63,649 nt of DNA, filler included, from Stramenopiles sp. TOSAG23-2 (GCA_900128395.1; 12 parts of 12 records of this genome joined end to end with filler, not necessarily neighbours in it), one strand, 5' to 3'. Counted from the whole stretch's first letter, positions 33,036-46,243 are shown. Made by a program: numbers and translations. Notes: a model not told the origin generated them from the sequence alone.

Positions 33036-36000
33036 TTGCCTTGGCTTCTATTGCTAATTTCTCACTACGTGGCGTCAATTTCAAATCATCCTCATTAACT
33101 GCTGCAGGAATTTTCCATAAGGACTCTTGCGTTTTCAGATTAAAATAGAAAATACGTTTTGTTGTTGGATCAAAACACTTCTTATATCTTTTGCTTGCAA
33201 GTTGGTTCAATCTTCGTCTAGCGATCTTACGTCTATACATTTGCTGAAGAATTGTGGCGGCTTCATCGGTTGAAAGGTCAGCAGCAGTATACCGTTTTTC
33301 ATGAACGACCGGTTCTTCTTTTCGTATGAAGACATTCTTTTCATCAATTTTCATTCCTGCTTTCTTTGCAACTTCTGCAGTTCTGCTACTAATATTTATA
33401 TCTTCACTTTGCAAACCCAATGGCTTTTCCCAATGTGACTCACCCGTATTTTTGTTAAAATAAAACCAAGTTTTTGATGATGGGTCAAACTTCTTCTCAT
33501 ACACGTCTGCTATCATTTTACGTAGTAGCTTTCTTGCTTTACGAGCACGCCAAACACCCTGAATGTGCAAAGCTGCATCTTCATCGCTAAGTGTTTCTGC
33601 TGTAAATCTTGGTGTCCTTGTTTTCACTTTTTCTGGTTCGATACCTAAATCCAATGCCCAACGCCTTGCAGCTGCTTGGGTTCGGGCACTCACTGGTATA
33701 TCGTCCATACCAAGAAAGGTTGGTTTCTCCCAGAAGGATTCCTTTGAATTTTTGTTGTAGTAGAAAAATTTACCAGCTTCAGCGCTAAATTTTTTTACAT
33801 ATACTTCGCGTAAAATTTTCTTCAATAATTTTCTACTTTGCTTTGCTCGATAAATGCTTTGAATATGTCTTGCTGCTTCATCTGGTGTGAGTGTAGCAGC
33901 AGTGAAGCGAGGAGTATGATGCTCCACGTATGGTATACCAGCTAATGCACTTGTTCTTGCACTTGCTTGGATATCTTCAACATCCAAATCAGCTAATGGT
34001 GGATCCCATTTCGTTTCTTTGGTTTTTTTATTGTAATAGAAAAAACGTTTACTTTGTGTATCATATTTCTTTGACCACGTTTGAGATATCATCTTATGCA
34101 AACGATGTCTGGCTTTCTTTGCACGATATGACTGTTGTATTATCAAGGCAGCTTGTGTCTCGTCAAGATCTGCAGCTGTATATCTTTTTGCATGTTTTTT
34201 TATACGGCGTTTACGTTGTTTTGGTTGAACTGGTACTGGATCTACTTTACTTTTGAACACATTTTTTTCATCGTATTCTACACCAGCAGCTTTTGCTGCT
34301 TCTGCCGTTCGACTTGATATAGCAACATCGTCAGAATTATACAGCCCAGGAGGCCTTTCCCAACTGGATTGTCCAGTCTTCTTATTAAAATAGAACCAAC
34401 TCTTTGATGATGGATCAAATTTTTTTATGTAATTTGCAGCAATTAAAACACGCATCTTTTCTCTTGCTTTTTTCGCGCGATATGCACCTTGCACGATCAA
34501 TGCCGCTTGCTCATCTGACAAGTCAGCTGCCGTGTATCTCTTCTCATGTGGTTTCACAAATGTCTTTTGTTTTACTATTACAGGCGCAACTTTACTTGGG
34601 AATATTTCCATACCACTAACATCAATACCAGATTCTTTTGCTGCATCAGCTGTTCTAGAGGAAATTGGTATATCTGCTCCATTATACAACCCTGGTGGAA
34701 TTGAAAAATGTGACTCTTGAGTTTTCAAATTATAATAAAAGAACGATCGTGATGTTGGATCAAATTTCTTTTCATAATTTGCAGCAATTAAAACACGCAT
34801 CTTTTCTCTTGCTTTTTTCGCGCGATATGCACCTTGCACGATCAATGCCGCTTGCTCATCTGACAAGTCAGCTGCTGTGTATCTCTTCTCATGTGGTTTT
34901 ACAAGCTCACGAGGTTTTGTTTCAATAACAGCAACCGGTTCTTCTTTCCTAACAAAGATATGCTTCTCGTCCACTTCAACCCCAGCTTTTCTTGCATCTG
35001 CCGCTGTCCTACTGCTAATTGCAATTTCATCACTTCGCAATCCCTTTGGTTTTTCCCAATGAGATTCACCTGTATTCTTGTTGTAGTAAAACCATGTGCC
35101 GCTTGACTCGTCAAATTTTTTTTCGTATACGTCTGCTATTAATTTCACCAATAAACGTCTTGCAACACGTGCTCTCCAAATTCCTTGTATATGCAACGCA
35201 GCTTCTTCTGGTGTAAGTGTTGCTGCAGTGAAACGTGGTGTCTTTTTTGGCGGTTTAATACCCGCAGCTGCCATACTTCGAGGTGTCAAATTAATATCAC
35301 TTGATCCAAGCAATACTGGCTTCTCAAATCTTGATTCACCAGTACGAGTATTGTAATAATAAAATTGTTTTGTTTCACTATCATATACTTTTTGATAAAC
35401 TTGTGCAATCATTTTTCGTATAGATAATCGTGCTTTTCTTGCAGCCCATTGACGTTGGATCATGATAGCAGCTTCCTCGTCGGTCATATCTTTAGCCAAT
35501 TTACGTGGCGTTCGATGTTCAATATATGGTATACCAGCTTGTGCAGCAGTTCTTGCAGTGATTGGAATATCATCATTACCCATTGCTTTTGGTTTTTCCC
35601 ACGAAACAGTACCATCGCGTTTGTCTACATAATAAAATTTCTGACTACTTGCATCCCATACTTTTTCAAATTTTTTGCTTAATAATTTATGCAAACGATG
35701 ACGTGCCCTTTTTCTTCTAAATGCTTGTTGAATGATAATACTTGCTTGCTCATCATTTAAATCAGCAGCTGTAAAACGAGGTGGTTTCTTTGGTGGTTTA
35801 ATGCCAGCAGCTGCCATTGAACGTGGTGTTAATTCAAGATCAGTACTACCTAAACCAAGTGGTTTTTTCCACGAAGCTTTTTGGGTAACAGTGTTAAAAT
35901 AATAGAATTTCTTCTTGGTTGGATCGTATACTTTCTGATATACACTTGCAATCATTTGCCTCATTTTACGTCTAGCTATACGTGTTCTCCATGCACCTTG

Positions 36001-38691
36001 TAACATTCTAGCTGCAGCATCATCTGATAAATCTGCAGCTTTGACACGAGGACTACGACGTGGTGATTTATAACCTGATTTTTCTCTAGTTCGTGGTGTT
36101 AGTTTTAAATCTTCTGAACCAAGACAAACAGGTTTCGTCCAATGCGCCTCTTTCGTACGTTTGCTGTAATAGTAGAACATTTTCTTATTGCTATCCCAAC
36201 ATTTTTTATATTGATTACGAACCATTATTTTTAAACGTCTTCGTGCTACTTTACTTCTCCAAGCTCCCTGTAAATGTTTTGCAGCTGCCTCTGGTGTAAG
36301 ATCTTTTGCGGTGAAGCGTGGTGTCTTCTTTGGTGGTTTGATATGTGCAGCTAGCATCGTTCGCGGTGTCAATTCTAAATCGTCGTCACCTAAAAAGACT
36401 GGCTTTGTCCAGAATGCTTCTTGTGTGTTGGTGTTGAAATAATAGAATGTTTTTGAATCTTCATCCCACACTTTCTTATATATTGCACGTACCATTTGTT
36501 TTATTTTTCTTCTTGCTACTTTTGCTCTCCAAGCTCCTTGTAACATTTTCGCTGCAGTCGTATCATCTAAATCAGCTGCCCTCACGCGAGGAGATTTATG
36601 TGGTGGCTTCACACCTGCTGCCAACATTGTTCGTGGTGTCAATTCCAAATCATCACCATACAAACAAAGTGGGCGTGTCCAATGGCTAACCCCAGTACGA
36701 GAATTGAAGTAATAAAAGGATTTACTACCTTCATCATAAACTTTTTTATATTGTCTACGTATCATAGCTTTTAATTTTCTACGTGCAATTTTCGTTCTCC
36801 ATGCACCTTGTAACATACGGGCTGCTTGGTCATCTGATAAATCTTTAGCAAGTACCCTTGGCGTACGACGTGGTGATACATAACCAGATGCTTCCCGTGT
36901 CCTTGCTGATAATGATAAATCGTCTGAACCTAAGAATATTGGTTTAACCCAATGGCTTACCTTCGTGCGTACATTGTAATAATAAAACTTTTGTTTACCA
37001 GCATCCCATTTTTTTTTATATTGATTACGAACCATTATTTTTAAACGTCTTCTTGCAACTTTAGTACGCCAGGCTGCTTGTAAATGTCTTGCGGCTTCAT
37101 CGGATGTTAATTCCCAATGTCGGAAACGAGGTGTGCACCTTTCTGGTTTATCTAAATCATCATCACCAAGGAATTTTGGTTTTGTCCAATAACTAATTTT
37201 TGTTCTTGTATTGTAATAATAATATTTACCAGTGCCAGGATCTTTAACTTTTTTATATTGTTGACGTACCATATGTCGAAGTAATTTTCTTGCTTGTCTA
37301 TTTCGATAACAACCTTGTAATACACGTGCAGCTTCATCTGTTGTCAATTCTGCAGCAGTGAACCTTGGTTTTCGTTTTGGTTTATGCGCACCTTTACGTT
37401 TTCCATGCGATATCTTTTCTATATCATCTTTTCCAAGTATTTTCGGTTTCGACCATGTTACCCTTCCCGTCCGAACGTTCATGTAATAATATTTACCAGA
37501 TTTTTTATCTTTAAATTTTTGCCATTGTTCACGTATCATACGTTTAATTTCACGACGTGCAACTTTACGCCTCCATGCATTTTGAACCATTGTTGCCGCT
37601 TGCTTTTTAGTAAACATACGTCCAACACTTTCTTTTAAATCAGTTACTGTTTCTTCCATTTGTAAAAATCCAGACGTTGCTTTATGTATACGTGTTAATG
37701 AGGAATCTGCTGTTGATTCAATATCTTTTAAACGTGAATTAGCTTCTTGTGCCAATGCTAATAATGCACCTAATTCTTCCATTTTACGTTCAATGTCTGC
37801 TTTTTGAATATCACCAACCCATTTTGAACGTGGATCATCTGATAGAGCTAATGGTGCCCAATTATGTTTTACGCGGTACCATGGATGACATGCATCAAAG
37901 CATTCATCGCAATAATTTCCATCTGTTTGTGGGTTATATTCAACACATGTATAACATCGTTTCGTTGCTCTTGCCCCTGTACAACGTAGATTTAAACTAC
38001 ATTTCGCTCGTTTATCACTAACTACTTTAACTGAATCGACTGCCATTGATGTATCTACACCCATGAGTGATAATGATGTTGCTTTTGATTTAGTACGTGG
38101 TGTCAATTGTTTAGGTGGTTGCACACCAGATAAGGCACGGTTTAAAAATAATGTATGTGTACCTTTATTTTGTGGCAATGAACGTTGACGTTTAGGTTTT
38201 GGTTGTATTGTTTCAATTTTATCTAAACGAAATAAACCAGTTTTCACTTCTTCTTTTATAACAATTTTACGATCAATATCTAATGTTGCTTTTTGTACAG
38301 TTTGTTCAAACATGGAGAAAAATAAAGATGCACCTTTGCCAACAGTATGTTGTAAATTTGCATGATTAAATTCTTGTCCTGCTCTGCGTTCATTTTGTAA
38401 AAATAATTCTTTTTGGACTTCAGCTTTGGTTGGTGGTGTTGGTGGTTTATTAATGACTTGAGATGGTGGATGAGAGGGTGATGCTAGAGATTGATTGTAT
38501 TTTAAAAGTGACGTTTTCTTTTTTGTTTTACTATTATTTTTATTATTCTTTGTATTACATGATGGACGTGGACGTTTACGGGTTGTTTTTTTATCATTAT
38601 TATTATTATTATTATTTTTTCTATTAGTAGATGATTTTCTTACATATGCATCACGTCCTAAACCACCACCAAATCCAGATGGTTTGTCCAT
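33036..38691 (-). CDS. Giant protein with B-box-like Zn finger and at least 16 alternating IQ-WW units (3'-truncated)
   Basis: CSLNLRC..CYTC..YCDECFDACH..KH (B-box-like); repeated AARxLQGAWRxKxARR (IQ) followed by YxKxxDxxxxxFYYxNxxTxxxxWxKP (WW). Confidence 0.9.
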
Positions 38692-39832
38692 TGTTTCTTA
38701 TATCTTTTTATATATATATCTGTATATAGATAATGAGATGTTACTATTAATTTTTTTTCCTAGTTAATATTAATATTGAACTGTTCAAATACGAACTTTC
38801 ACTTTTCTAATATTTCTTTTTCTAAAATTAAAACATCAATATCTAATATAGTTCCTCTCTATTCATCTATAGGAATATCTATATTTATTTTAGCTTTATA
38901 ATTGGCCGGAAAAAGGCTGGAAAAACCAAACGGCTCGTTTTCCGCTGATGGTCCCCTCTATGCAAGATTATTAGTATATAAATAGTTGTACTTATATATG
39001 CCTATATCGAGATCTACATTTTAATTTTGATAATGTTTTAATATACTGTGACACAATAGCATCATACGCAGTGCTATTCTATTTAAGTTTTTAGGGCATA
39101 AAGTATAGGCATTCCAGCATTTCCACACAGCATTCCACAGCATTCCAGGCCAACCCCGCCAACGCAATGGCAATCTGGCAATCCCAGCCGCCAGCATCAA
39201 CCATTCTCCAAAACAATTACAATCAGATGTGTGCAGATGTATCAATCTGGCAATATGATCATCGAATATTAATATTAATATTTTCGTGAGCTTCTAAAGC
39301 TATGTTTATGCTAAAATTATTCTCGCTTTTCAGCTTAAAAAACCACAGCAAACACACAGCTTATGATGGTGCTATCCAGGGCTATATGTAATATTATAAT
39401 TACCACAGCTTACGACAAAAAAAAAATAACACACAAAATAGCACAATATACCATTACACACCATATATTATAATTATAGAGATTTCATCAGTTTGAAATC
39501 GATATATATATATAGATNNNNNNNNNNNNNNNNNNNNNNNNNNNNNNNNNNNNNNNNNNNNTTAATTAATTAANNNNNNNNNNNNNNNNNNNNNNNNNNN
39601 NNNNNNNNNNNNNNNNNAGTTTAACAGTGTCACAAGGTTTTTTTTTTATAATTTTATATATCATACGAAAAGTATTTATATTATATTATTAAAATAATAT
39701 GTCACATATCATATAAAATATTACATAACGCATATAATACATTTTTTTACACACACACACACAACCAAAAAATTATTTACACGCGCCCCACTGAAGTACA
39801 ATATACGTCACATGCTTCATTATCTCCGTATT

Positions 39833-41242
39833 TTACAACGATAATTCCACATCATCATCAAAAATCAAATCTACATTGCATCCAAAAACACATTTTATTT
39901 TTTTAATGACATTACTTAATATCCAATGTACATCAATTGCTGGTGTAAACATATCAGCAGCTGAACAAGCAATTGTAACAAGTTTTGGCTTACCGCAAAT
40001 ATTCAAAGTTTTTGATAGACATGTTTCAAACTCATTAAACATATTTAACATCTCTTCCCTTGTTGTTTTATTTTTTGGTAAACCTAACATTGGAAAATAT
40101 TCTTCTAACATTTCTACATCCTTCTTCTCCATCTTACATAATAGTTTACAAAATTGTTTCAATGTATTTAAAAAATTATTTATTAATGATGACTTCACAT
40201 CATCTTTCTTCTTATTACAGCTATTGCTATTTTTATTATCTATATTATTCACATTATTATTGTTATTGGTTTCCTGTAACAATAAATGAGAAAAATTATT
40301 CAAAAATTGTTTAATATTTCCATTTTCCTTCAGTTGATCGTAATTTTTAAAAATTTCATCATTAAAAAAACATGCAATTGGAGATTTATCACGCCTTTCT
40401 TTAGCTAAAAATATATCAACAACTTTCCTTTTATTTTCTTGATTCATTGACTTGAGATTATTATTAATACTATTATCTGCATTTTGTTCTTTTATTGTTG
40501 TACTTTGTACCGATTTTTTATGTATTATATTTGAAATATATTTATACATTTTTTTTACAATCTTTAATTCATTTTCTGTACATTTCAATTCCAGTTCATT
40601 CCAAAATGGATTATCTGTAGCAAAGTAATCTAAACATACATCTAATACATAGTTTGACCACGTTGTCTTTGATATTATGGTATCCTGTTTAAATGGCAAT
40701 GATAATACATCTAACTGCACAGATTGTTTATTATTTAATTTAGATTCAATCATAAATACAGATTCATCTTTCCAATACGGTTCATTGCAACTAACATGTA
40801 ATCTTTCAATACCATTATTATTCCCATCCTTATTATATTTAATAGTTGATCCAACACTAAATTTATATTTACCATTTTTAATTTGATCAGACCATGGTGG
40901 TTTTACCCATATGATTCTATTTAAATGACCTCCATAGATAAGCGGAATAATCCAATCTGCAATTCCACTTTCCGAATTACGTAATAAATGCAATGTTTCT
41001 TTTGGATCTTCAATAATCAATTCTGGACGAATATATTTTGGTACCGATAAATCTGGATGAGAATCAAAATGTAACATCGAGATGCTTGACATTGGTAATA
41101 ATCGACGCCTGATTGCTTTGTATATCGCACTTAAAGCTTCGTTATGATCCTCAACGATGAATATTGGCAAAGTTTCACTAGCTTTTTTTCTTCCTAATTT
41201 TAACAATTGATGAATGTCCAAGTCTTCTTTACGTTTCGTCAT
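39833..41242 (-). CDS. UPF0489 family protein (C5orf22-like)
   Basis: PIFIVEDHNEAL, MLHFDSHPDL, IADWIIPLIYGGH..WVKPPW, VLDVCLDYFATDNPF. Confidence 0.85.
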   Translation of the reverse strand: MTKRKEDLDIHQLLKLGRKKASETLPIFIVEDHNEALSAIYKAIRRRLLPMSSISMLHFDSHPDLSVPKYIRPELIIEDPKETLHLLRNSESGIADWIIPLIYGGHLNRIIWVKPPWSDQIKNGKYKFSVGSTIKYNKDGNNNGIERLHVSCNEPYWKDESVFMIESKLNNKQSVQLDVLSLPFKQDTIISKTTWSNYVLDVCLDYFATDNPFWNELELKCTENELKIVKKMYKYISNIIHKKSVQSTTIKEQNADNSINNNLKSMNQENKRKVVDIFLAKERRDKSPIACFFNDEIFKNYDQLKENGNIKQFLNNFSHLLLQETNNNNNVNNIDNKNSNSCNKKKDDVKSSLINNFLNTLKQFCKLLCKMEKKDVEMLEEYFPMLGLPKNKTTREEMLNMFNEFETCLSKTLNICGKPKLVTIACSAADMFTPAIDVHWILSNVIKKIKCVFGCNVDLIFDDDVELSL

Positions 41243-41591
41243 TTTATATTTATATTTATATATATGTAATAGTTATATTATGTGTGGAATGTGTTTTAAA
41301 ATGATGTTGAGTTTCTAAAATGGTAAATAATTTATAATATAATAAAATATTTAGTATGTAATTTTATAAATGAAAATGATATGTAAATCCATTTGTGGAG
41401 TGTAAATATATATATATTTTGATGGAAATGGACTTGGATTAAATGCAAATCCAATTATTTTCATTTTTCATCAGCAAAAATCATCAAACGAAGTACTCCA
41501 TGTATTTAGGCTAGAAATAGCATTGTAAAACCTTAAAAATACCCGATTGTACCTCGAAATAGAAGCCACACAGCACTAAATCTACGTCTCC

Positions 41592-41620
41592 AACTAGACT
41601 TTTCTTTGAAAAGTCTAGTT
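41592..41620. other. Perfect 13-bp hairpin in divergent intergenic region
   Basis: aactagacttttc-ttt-gaaaagtctagtt. Confidence 0.8.
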
Positions 41621-41846
41621 CCTAGATTACACCAGAGGTATAGTGTAGTATAAAAAGATACAGAAAGCCGGAAGAAAGCTTGTATTTACTGTAATATGCT
41701 ACCTTAATCTAGGTCCTAGATACCTGGTACATCATTATTTTAGAATTCAGGAAACCCCGCCGTAATTGTGTTGGAAAAAAAAAGAAAAAACTTATATATT
41801 ATTATAGAATCCATTTAATTGAAATTGATAAATAAATTAATTTATA

Positions 41847-42626
41847 ATGTTGTTAAAAAAAATTATATTTTCTTCATCATCATTCATCACATTACAAACA
41901 TCAAAAAGATTGTTTCATTCAACTACTAGTAATAATGCTCCGAAAAAATGTGCGGTACTTTTAGCTGGATCGGGTGTTTATGATGGTTCAGAAATTACAG
42001 AAGCGGTTGCTACCTTAGTCCATTTATCACGCCATGGCGCTGATGTGCAGTGCTTCGCACCGGATAAAATGCAACTTCATACTGTGAATCATACCTCCGG
42101 TGAAGAGGAGGAAAATAATCGAAATGTCTTACTTGAATCTGCAAGAATTGCTAGAGGTGATGTCAAGGCACTATCAGATTTGTCTTCTGCGGATTTTGAT
42201 TGTCTTGTTATTCCTGGGGGTTTTGGTGCAGCTAAAAATTTGTTTAATGCAGATAAAACATGGGCAGTTAATGGCCCTGATGGCATTGTTGATGAAAATG
42301 TTTCAAATGCAATTAATGATTTTCATCACAATAATAAAGCAATTGGTGCATGTTGTATTGCTCCTGTTTTGCTTGCAAAAACAATTGATGGAGTCTCTCT
42401 TACCGTCGGATCATCTGATACATCAAATGAAGCAATGTGGCCATATGCAGGCACAGCGGGACAAATGGAATCTATTGGTGCAAAACATGTTGATGCTACA
42501 TTTGATGAAGCTGTAATAGATGAATCAAATAAAGTTGTAACTTCAGCAGCATATATGTATAATGGAAAACCACATGAAGTATTTGATAGTGTTGGCAATA
42601 TGATCGAGGCTGTATTGAAATTGTAG
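41847..42626 (+). CDS. ES1/ElbB (GATD3-like) DJ-1/PfpI family protein, probable mitochondrial presequence
   Basis: AVLLAGSGVYDGSEITEA, RNVLLESARIARG, IPGGFGAAKNL, IGACCIAP; Ser/Lys/Arg-rich N-terminus. Confidence 0.92.
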   Translation: MLLKKIIFSSSSFITLQTSKRLFHSTTSNNAPKKCAVLLAGSGVYDGSEITEAVATLVHLSRHGADVQCFAPDKMQLHTVNHTSGEEEENNRNVLLESARIARGDVKALSDLSSADFDCLVIPGGFGAAKNLFNADKTWAVNGPDGIVDENVSNAINDFHHNNKAIGACCIAPVLLAKTIDGVSLTVGSSDTSNEAMWPYAGTAGQMESIGAKHVDATFDEAVIDESNKVVTSAAYMYNGKPHEVFDSVGNMIEAVLKL

Positions 42627-42951
42627 TGTGTGTGTGTGTGTATGAAGAAGCAGTTCGCGTATTAAGCAAAGCGTCGAGGCACTTGACTAGTTCGCGTATT
42701 TATATATTAAAATATATATATATATAATACGTAACTATATCTGTAAAAATATATTCAGTCTGGCAGTGTATGAAATAGAATTTTTATACGTATGGTGTAG
42801 TCACATGTAATATTTAAAATTTTTCTCAAAATATATTTTTATTTATTTTTTAGAAAATATGAACATTTTTTTTCATTTTATAAATAGACTATAGTATGAT
42901 ATATACGAGTATATTATAATGTACATGTATATTTTTCACATATTTTTTTAA

Positions 42952-43986
42952 TTACAAATGACTCATGCTGCCACCCCAATATTTTCCAATTTCTGTACCA
43001 CATGCATTCACTTCATCCGTTTCAATGTGTGGAAAAAAACCGTGTTTTCCCCAAAGCTCTTGAAATAATAAAAACATCGATATAGTACTTCGTCGATCAC
43101 TTGGTTCATCATATTTTGTAGATATGACGCCTGGGGCTAATGCAAATCCATGTTCTGAATTATAATGATCATGAAATTGTAAATTTTTAACACCATGCAT
43201 ATTCATTTCTTCAGCAAATCGTTGCCTTGCAATTGTATCCACATGATCATCTAGAATACCATTTTCAATCAATATAGCACAATCCGAACTGAACTTGCTA
43301 TCGTCTGGCAATTCATGAAATTCATATCTTCTTCTTGGTCTTGGTTTTACCCATGGTTCTTTGACATTAGAAATTGGATCGTTTTGTAAAACCCCGTGAA
43401 ATGAAACGATGCCTTGAATATCATCACCATTTCGAACCATTTCTAAACAGCATTGTCCACCAAAACAATATCCGATTGCAGCAGCAAATTTTGGATGTAC
43501 AGCTTGATGTGTTCGTGCTTGCATCAATGTTTTTGATTGAAAATCTCTCCATTCTTTTGGGTGTAGTTGAAACCAATTATATGCCGTGAATGCACCTGCA
43601 AAATGTGCCATAACTTTTTCAGTTTTATCAGTTTTCAGAGGGTTCCTATTATTTTTTGGATATGAAACACCATTTTCATATGGAGTTTCCTTATACATAT
43701 CAACCGTTAATGCAGTATATCCACATTTAGCTAAGAATATTGCTTGATCAATATCAAATTGCTTTTCACCTGCATAATTTGGGAACACAATGATTAATGG
43801 CAATGATGTTTTTCCTTTTTGATATGCAATATGATGTGTGTATGTATAATTATTCCATTTAAAACCCATTTTTTCAACTTGGATAGGGGCACCACCACCA
43901 TTTGTAAAATTTCTTTTCACTACTGTTTTATAATTAGTTGCAGGTGGTTGATCTGTTGGTGTACACGTTAAATTTCTTGTCAACAT
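42952..43986 (-). CDS. Dienelactone hydrolase family protein
   Basis: AAIGYCFGG nucleophile motif, VSFHG, GILDDHV, HGFA; C-terminal PTS1-like SHL. Confidence 0.88.
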   Translation of the reverse strand: MLTRNLTCTPTDQPPATNYKTVVKRNFTNGGGAPIQVEKMGFKWNNYTYTHHIAYQKGKTSLPLIIVFPNYAGEKQFDIDQAIFLAKCGYTALTVDMYKETPYENGVSYPKNNRNPLKTDKTEKVMAHFAGAFTAYNWFQLHPKEWRDFQSKTLMQARTHQAVHPKFAAAIGYCFGGQCCLEMVRNGDDIQGIVSFHGVLQNDPISNVKEPWVKPRPRRRYEFHELPDDSKFSSDCAILIENGILDDHVDTIARQRFAEEMNMHGVKNLQFHDHYNSEHGFALAPGVISTKYDEPSDRRSTISMFLLFQELWGKHGFFPHIETDEVNACGTEIGKYWGGSMSHL

Positions 43987-44601
43987 AATTATAAGCTTTC
44001 TTTTAATACTATTTTATCTATTCTAAAGATATTGTATGTATCTATCTATATATATATATATCATTGGGATTAATTATCTGACGACTATTGCAAGTCATTG
44101 TATCTTTTAATATTGGTATATATACTGCTATAACTATTATATCCTGATATCCTGATTAGACTGATATTATTGAATATAATAGTATATATATGATGTACTA
44201 TTTATATTCTAAATCATAGACTATATTTTTGTATTAATATACACCAGGTACTTCTTCTGTATTGCCCTGGAGTAAGTGCTATTTAATAATTAATAAAAAT
44301 AATAATTCAATTTTCTTCTGTCCTCGCAGCACCGTACTTATCAATCCTGGTGCTGCCATTTACAACTGCCATTTACAATGGATATGAAGATTGTGGTGTC
44401 CAACCAAGATGCGCAATGTCTTGGAAGTTAGTGTGGAAGTGTGTATTAAAATAATGTGATACGAGTATATTATTATTTTTTTATAAAAATATATGATATA
44501 TCATATGATATATAAAACAAAAATAAAAAGAATGGAGGATACACGTGCATTTGTAAAAAGTAATATGTAGATGTATTTGAAAGGGGAAACAGATCTAAAA
44601 T

Positions 44602-45003
44602 TTAGTTATTTGCGAGTATTATATCATAAATGATCCATGCATTTCGTAAGTGTAATCCATCAGGAATATCATTTACGTTATTTGAAGACGAAAGGGCTAA
44701 ATCCCATTTAACTTCAGTTTCATCATCGTCGATGTGATTTCTTAACCACCAACCTATTGTATGTACCAATGTAATCAATTCATCGTCGTGGTTTAAATGA
44801 AATTTTTCCAAATCAAGTACATTATCTTCATAGATATATTCATTTAAGTCCATTAATTTTTTAACTGAGGATGCAAAATTGGTAAAACTACGTTTTGATA
44901 AATTGACATTAACATTGCTATCATCGGCTGAAATAGCAGAATCATTTTTCTCTTCTTCTTTTATTTCATTATTGATTGGATCCATGTTAATTTGCTGTTG
45001 CAT
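44602..45003 (-). CDS. Hypothetical protein
   Basis: 133-codon ORF with protein-like composition. Confidence 0.5.
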   Translation of the reverse strand: MQQQINMDPINNEIKEEEKNDSAISADDSNVNVNLSKRSFTNFASSVKKLMDLNEYIYEDNVLDLEKFHLNHDDELITLVHTIGWWLRNHIDDDETEVKWDLALSSSNNVNDIPDGLHLRNAWIIYDIILANN

Positions 45004-45480
45004 ATATATATATTGTCAACTTATTATACTTTGTATATATGTAAATGATATGTTTTATGTACATATAATACTATCAAATATATATATATATTAAATTTTA
45101 AATAAAAATAGGTTTAAAAGTAAAAGAAGGAAAGTGCTAAAACAAACAAAGAAAAAATAACTGCTACGTGCCTATTCACATAATACTATAATTTATCGGA
45201 TATCCTACGTAAATTTGAAATAAAATTAGAAGACGACTAGATAAACTGGTTAATTTAATACTTGATTTCATTTCAATCTGCCTATCAGAAGCTATAAGGA
45301 AAAGAGCATAGAGCATAGAGAGCATTAGAGCAGGCACATTTATTAACATAAAACCAGAGAGGCTGAGTTATAATATAGAACATATACACTGTAGTATGGT
45401 GGTATTGATGTACAGAGATACGAAGTATATAAACGAAGAGCATTATACCTGTACAGTATCTATACTGCATAATATTATTT

Positions 45481-46099
45481 TTATTTTCCCCTTGATCTCC
45501 ACCATTTTGCAACTTTTGGCGTCGTCGCTAAAATGATTGGAAAACGAATAAGTTCCAATAATTCATTAATTTCTATTGCAATAAAGGCATTTAAAAATCG
45601 TGGATCCCAATCTCCAATATCATATACATTATCTGATCCTAAACTTTTCAATAATCCAATGCCATCTAAACCTGATGCTTCGATTATGATGTAACAAAGA
45701 ATGCCATTGCTTGCCCATACACCAGTCCAGTATGTCATAAATACCCAACCATATTCATTAAATAAATTTTTTAATTGCTGAAATTTTCCAATCTTTTTTT
45801 CATCTTCTTCCTTTTTTTTCACTACTATTTTTTTTACATTATCTTCATTATCTTGAAGAAATTTATTATTTTTGCCCTTCGTATTCAACCGTTTCTTTTT
45901 TTTCTTCTTTTTTTTACCAATGGTCTTTTTAGTACTATATAGATTGCATTGTATCATTGGAATCTGTGTTTGCAAATACGTTATCTTCTTATAATTACTT
46001 ATTTTTACATGCTTTTGTAAGTTATATATTAACCTATTATAATTATCGCTAGTAGATGAACCCATCACTACATTTGTTGAAAATAAACGACGTGGGCAA
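45481..46099 (-). CDS. FAM210/DUF1279-like protein, probably 5'-truncated
   Basis: KFQQLKNLFNEYGWVFMTYWTGVW..FIAIEINELLELIRFPIILATTPKVAKW. Confidence 0.75.
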
Positions 46100-46203
46100 N
46101 NNNNNNNNNNNNNNNNNNNNNNNNNNNNNNNNNNNNNNNNNNNTTAATTAATTAANNNNNNNNNNNNNNNNNNNNNNNNNNNNNNNNNNNNNNNNNNNNA
46201 CTA

Positions 46204-46243
<40 letters not shown>

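Noticed and set aside
39833-43986. UPF0489, ElbB and DLH as a bacterial operon or contaminant
   Set aside because: Mixed orientations, long AT-rich spacers with TA microsatellites, poly-Asn inserts and organellar targeting signals indicate host nuclear genes.
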